The position numbers and the translations under genes are program-made. Positions 62,001 to 64,000 of a stretch of 64,000 bases of DNA are shown piece by piece (the stretch's first letter is position 1; each line of letters begins with the position of its first letter). The stretch covers positions 54,870,001 to 54,934,000 of the forward strand of contig JBNRSN020000018.1 of assembly GCA_051313645.2 (NCBI GenBank), written 5' to 3'. A model generated the notes under the pieces. The model had not been told where the DNA came from. It did not search any database and saw only the letters and a list, made by a program, of their open reading frames with translations. The DNA is from Centroscyllium fabricii. Lineage: Eukaryota.

Positions 62001-64000
62001 GGCATCACGGACGAGGAGATTCGCCTCCTCCTCTGCTGTCCGTGGTTGGCAGCCACAGACCCGTACCAGGGCCAGGAGTGCTTGCTCAAATTGTTCGTTT
62101 GTCTCACCCGGTAGTTGAGGTCTGTTCGCGAGCACATGTCTGGCGTAGACCGAATGGACCGGGCGCTCGTAGCATTTCCTCAGCTTTTCCACTGCCACTG
62201 GGTAGGTTTTGGCGTCTCGGATGAGGGAAAATACTCGGCTGGAGATCCTTGACCTGAGAACTTGCAACTTGTTCCCGTCAGTTGTAGCCTTGGCGGCGTC
62301 CATATAGGCCTCCAGGAGACCGAACCAGTGTTCGAACGTGGTGGCGGCGGCTGGGTCCTGTGGACTGATGTCCAGCTTTTCTGGCTTTACCGCACCGCTC
62401 TCCATTTCAAATTTTTTTTAGTTAATAAAATTGACGTATCGTCAATTCTCTTAATAAAAGACTTCGACGAGTAGTTACCTTAAACAACAGGCTTTTATTA
62501 ACTAACTTTGGAGCTACACTCCGAACGAACATCCAGAACAGAATGAGGGAGCCTGGTCAGTCCCCACCTATAAAGGGCCTCACCTGGGGGAGGAGTTAGA
62601 GGTGTGGCTGACCTGGCTCCACGACAGTGTTGTAAACAGTGACAATATTGCAGTGGTAAGCTTATGCAATACAGTTACCACACCCCGCTCTTTGTTGTTG
62701 AACATAAAAGCGACTGAGCGTTGGTCAGTCAGCAGGGTAAATCGTTTGTCGGCCAGGTAGTGCTTCCAGTGACGCACTGCTTCAACAATGGCCTGGGCCT
62801 CCTTCTCGACTGAGGAGTGACGGGTCTCGGGGCCCTGGAGGGTACGCGAGAAGGCGGCCATGGGTCTGCCCGCCTGGTTAAGGGTGGCGGCCAGGGCAAA
62901 GTCCGATGCATCGCTCTCGACCTGGACGGACTCGTCCACAGCGTGCATCGTCGCCTTTGCAATGTCGTCCTTAATGCTGCAGAACGCCGCGCGGGCATCT
63001 GCTGACGGGGAATGAGGTTGATTTAAATAGTGGGCAAGCTTTGTCCGCATAGTTGGGGACCCACTGGGCATAATAGGCGAAGAACCCCAGGCACCTTTTC
63101 AGGGCCTTGAGGGAGTGGGGGAGGGGGAGCTCCAGGAGGGGGTGCATGCGGTCCGGGTCGGGACCGATGACCCCATTCTCCACAACACTGCCGAGGATGG
63201 CGAGGCGGGTGGTCCTGAACACACATTTTTCCGTGTTATAGGTCAGGTTGAGTGTTTTGGCAGTGTGGAGACATTTCTGGAGGTTGGCGTCATGGTCCTG
63301 CTGATCGTGGCCGCAGATGGTCACATTATCGAGATACGGGAAAGTGGCTCGCAGCCCGTACTGATCGACCATTCGGTCCATCTCCCTTTGGAAGACCGAG
63401 ACCCCATTCGTGACGCCAAACGGAACCCTGAGAAAGTGATAGAGGCGACCGTCAGCCTCGAAGGCAGTATAGAGACGGTCCTCTGGGCGAATGGGGAGCT
63501 GGTGATACGCGGACTTCAGATCTATAGCTGAGAAAACCCGAAACTGCGCGATCTGATTTACCATGTCCACTATCCGGGGGAGGGGGTACGCGTCTAACTG
63601 GGTGAACCGGTTAATGGTCTGGCTATAGTCCACTACCATCCGGTTCTTAGCTCCGGTCTTCACCACCACTACCTGTGCCCTCCAGGGGCTGTTACTGGCC
63701 TCGATGACCCCCTCCCTCAGGAGGCGCTTCACCTCGGACTTAATGAAGTCCATGTCCCCGGCACTGTAGCGCCTACTTTTGGTGGCGACGGGCTTGCAGT
63801 CCAGGGTGAGGTTAGCAAAGAGCGAGGGAGGGGCGACCTTAAGGGTCGAGAGGCCACAGGTAGTGCGCTGTGGGTGCTGCGAGGGGTGCCGGTTGCAGAC
63901 CGTGAGCGGGGGAAGGGGCCCACCGTACGCCATGGTAATGCTTTGGAGGTGGCACTGGAAGTCCAGGCCCAATAACAATGCAGCGCAGAGCTGCAGCAGC
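56086..64000 (-). mobile_element. Gypsy copy G (YLDN lineage, A-like); extends beyond the window; interrupted by copy H
   Basis: 3' LTR 56086-56371 plus PPT; IN/RH to 57823; RH/RT from 62683 to 64000. Confidence 0.92.
57824..62682 (-). mobile_element. Full-length Gypsy copy H (YLDN lineage, B-like), nested in copy G
   Basis: LTRs at 57824-58075 and 62432-62682; 5-bp TSD CCCCG at 57819-57823 and 62683-62687; gag from 62405; pol frameshifted. Confidence 0.96.

Overview
Eukaryotic, repeat-dense window, very probably from a cartilaginous fish (HE1-type V-SINEs, abundant CR1 LINEs, shark-type Penelope-like ends). Host genes: the last two coding exons of CCDC146 (+, 13406-16644) converge on the last four coding exons of GSAP (-, 39319-34342), as in mammals; the last GSAP intron must use a GC donor. 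Most of the rest is transposable elements. There are two Gypsy LTR lineages. (i) A conventional lineage (YLDD, tRNA-Trp PBS, 4-bp TSD) with two copies; the one at 45065-49872 is intact. (ii) An unusual lineage with seven copies or fragments, mostly nested in one another, with 5-bp TSDs. In lineage (ii) every visible RT has YLDN instead of YxDD. No tRNA PBS follows the 5' LTR: that position is complementary, with compensatory changes, to the AATAAA region of the element's own LTR. Its PPT sits in a conserved hairpin, and the Gag-protease linker carries 45-bp repeats with YY1 motifs. This combination suggests a tRNA-independent priming system and is the best novelty candidate. Also present: a young non-autonomous hAT inserted at an RT active site, Harbinger relics, Tc1/mariner-type MITEs, RTE, Rex/Babar and L1 fragments, and a hammerhead-like core. 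All family names come from motif recognition by eye; no database search was run.
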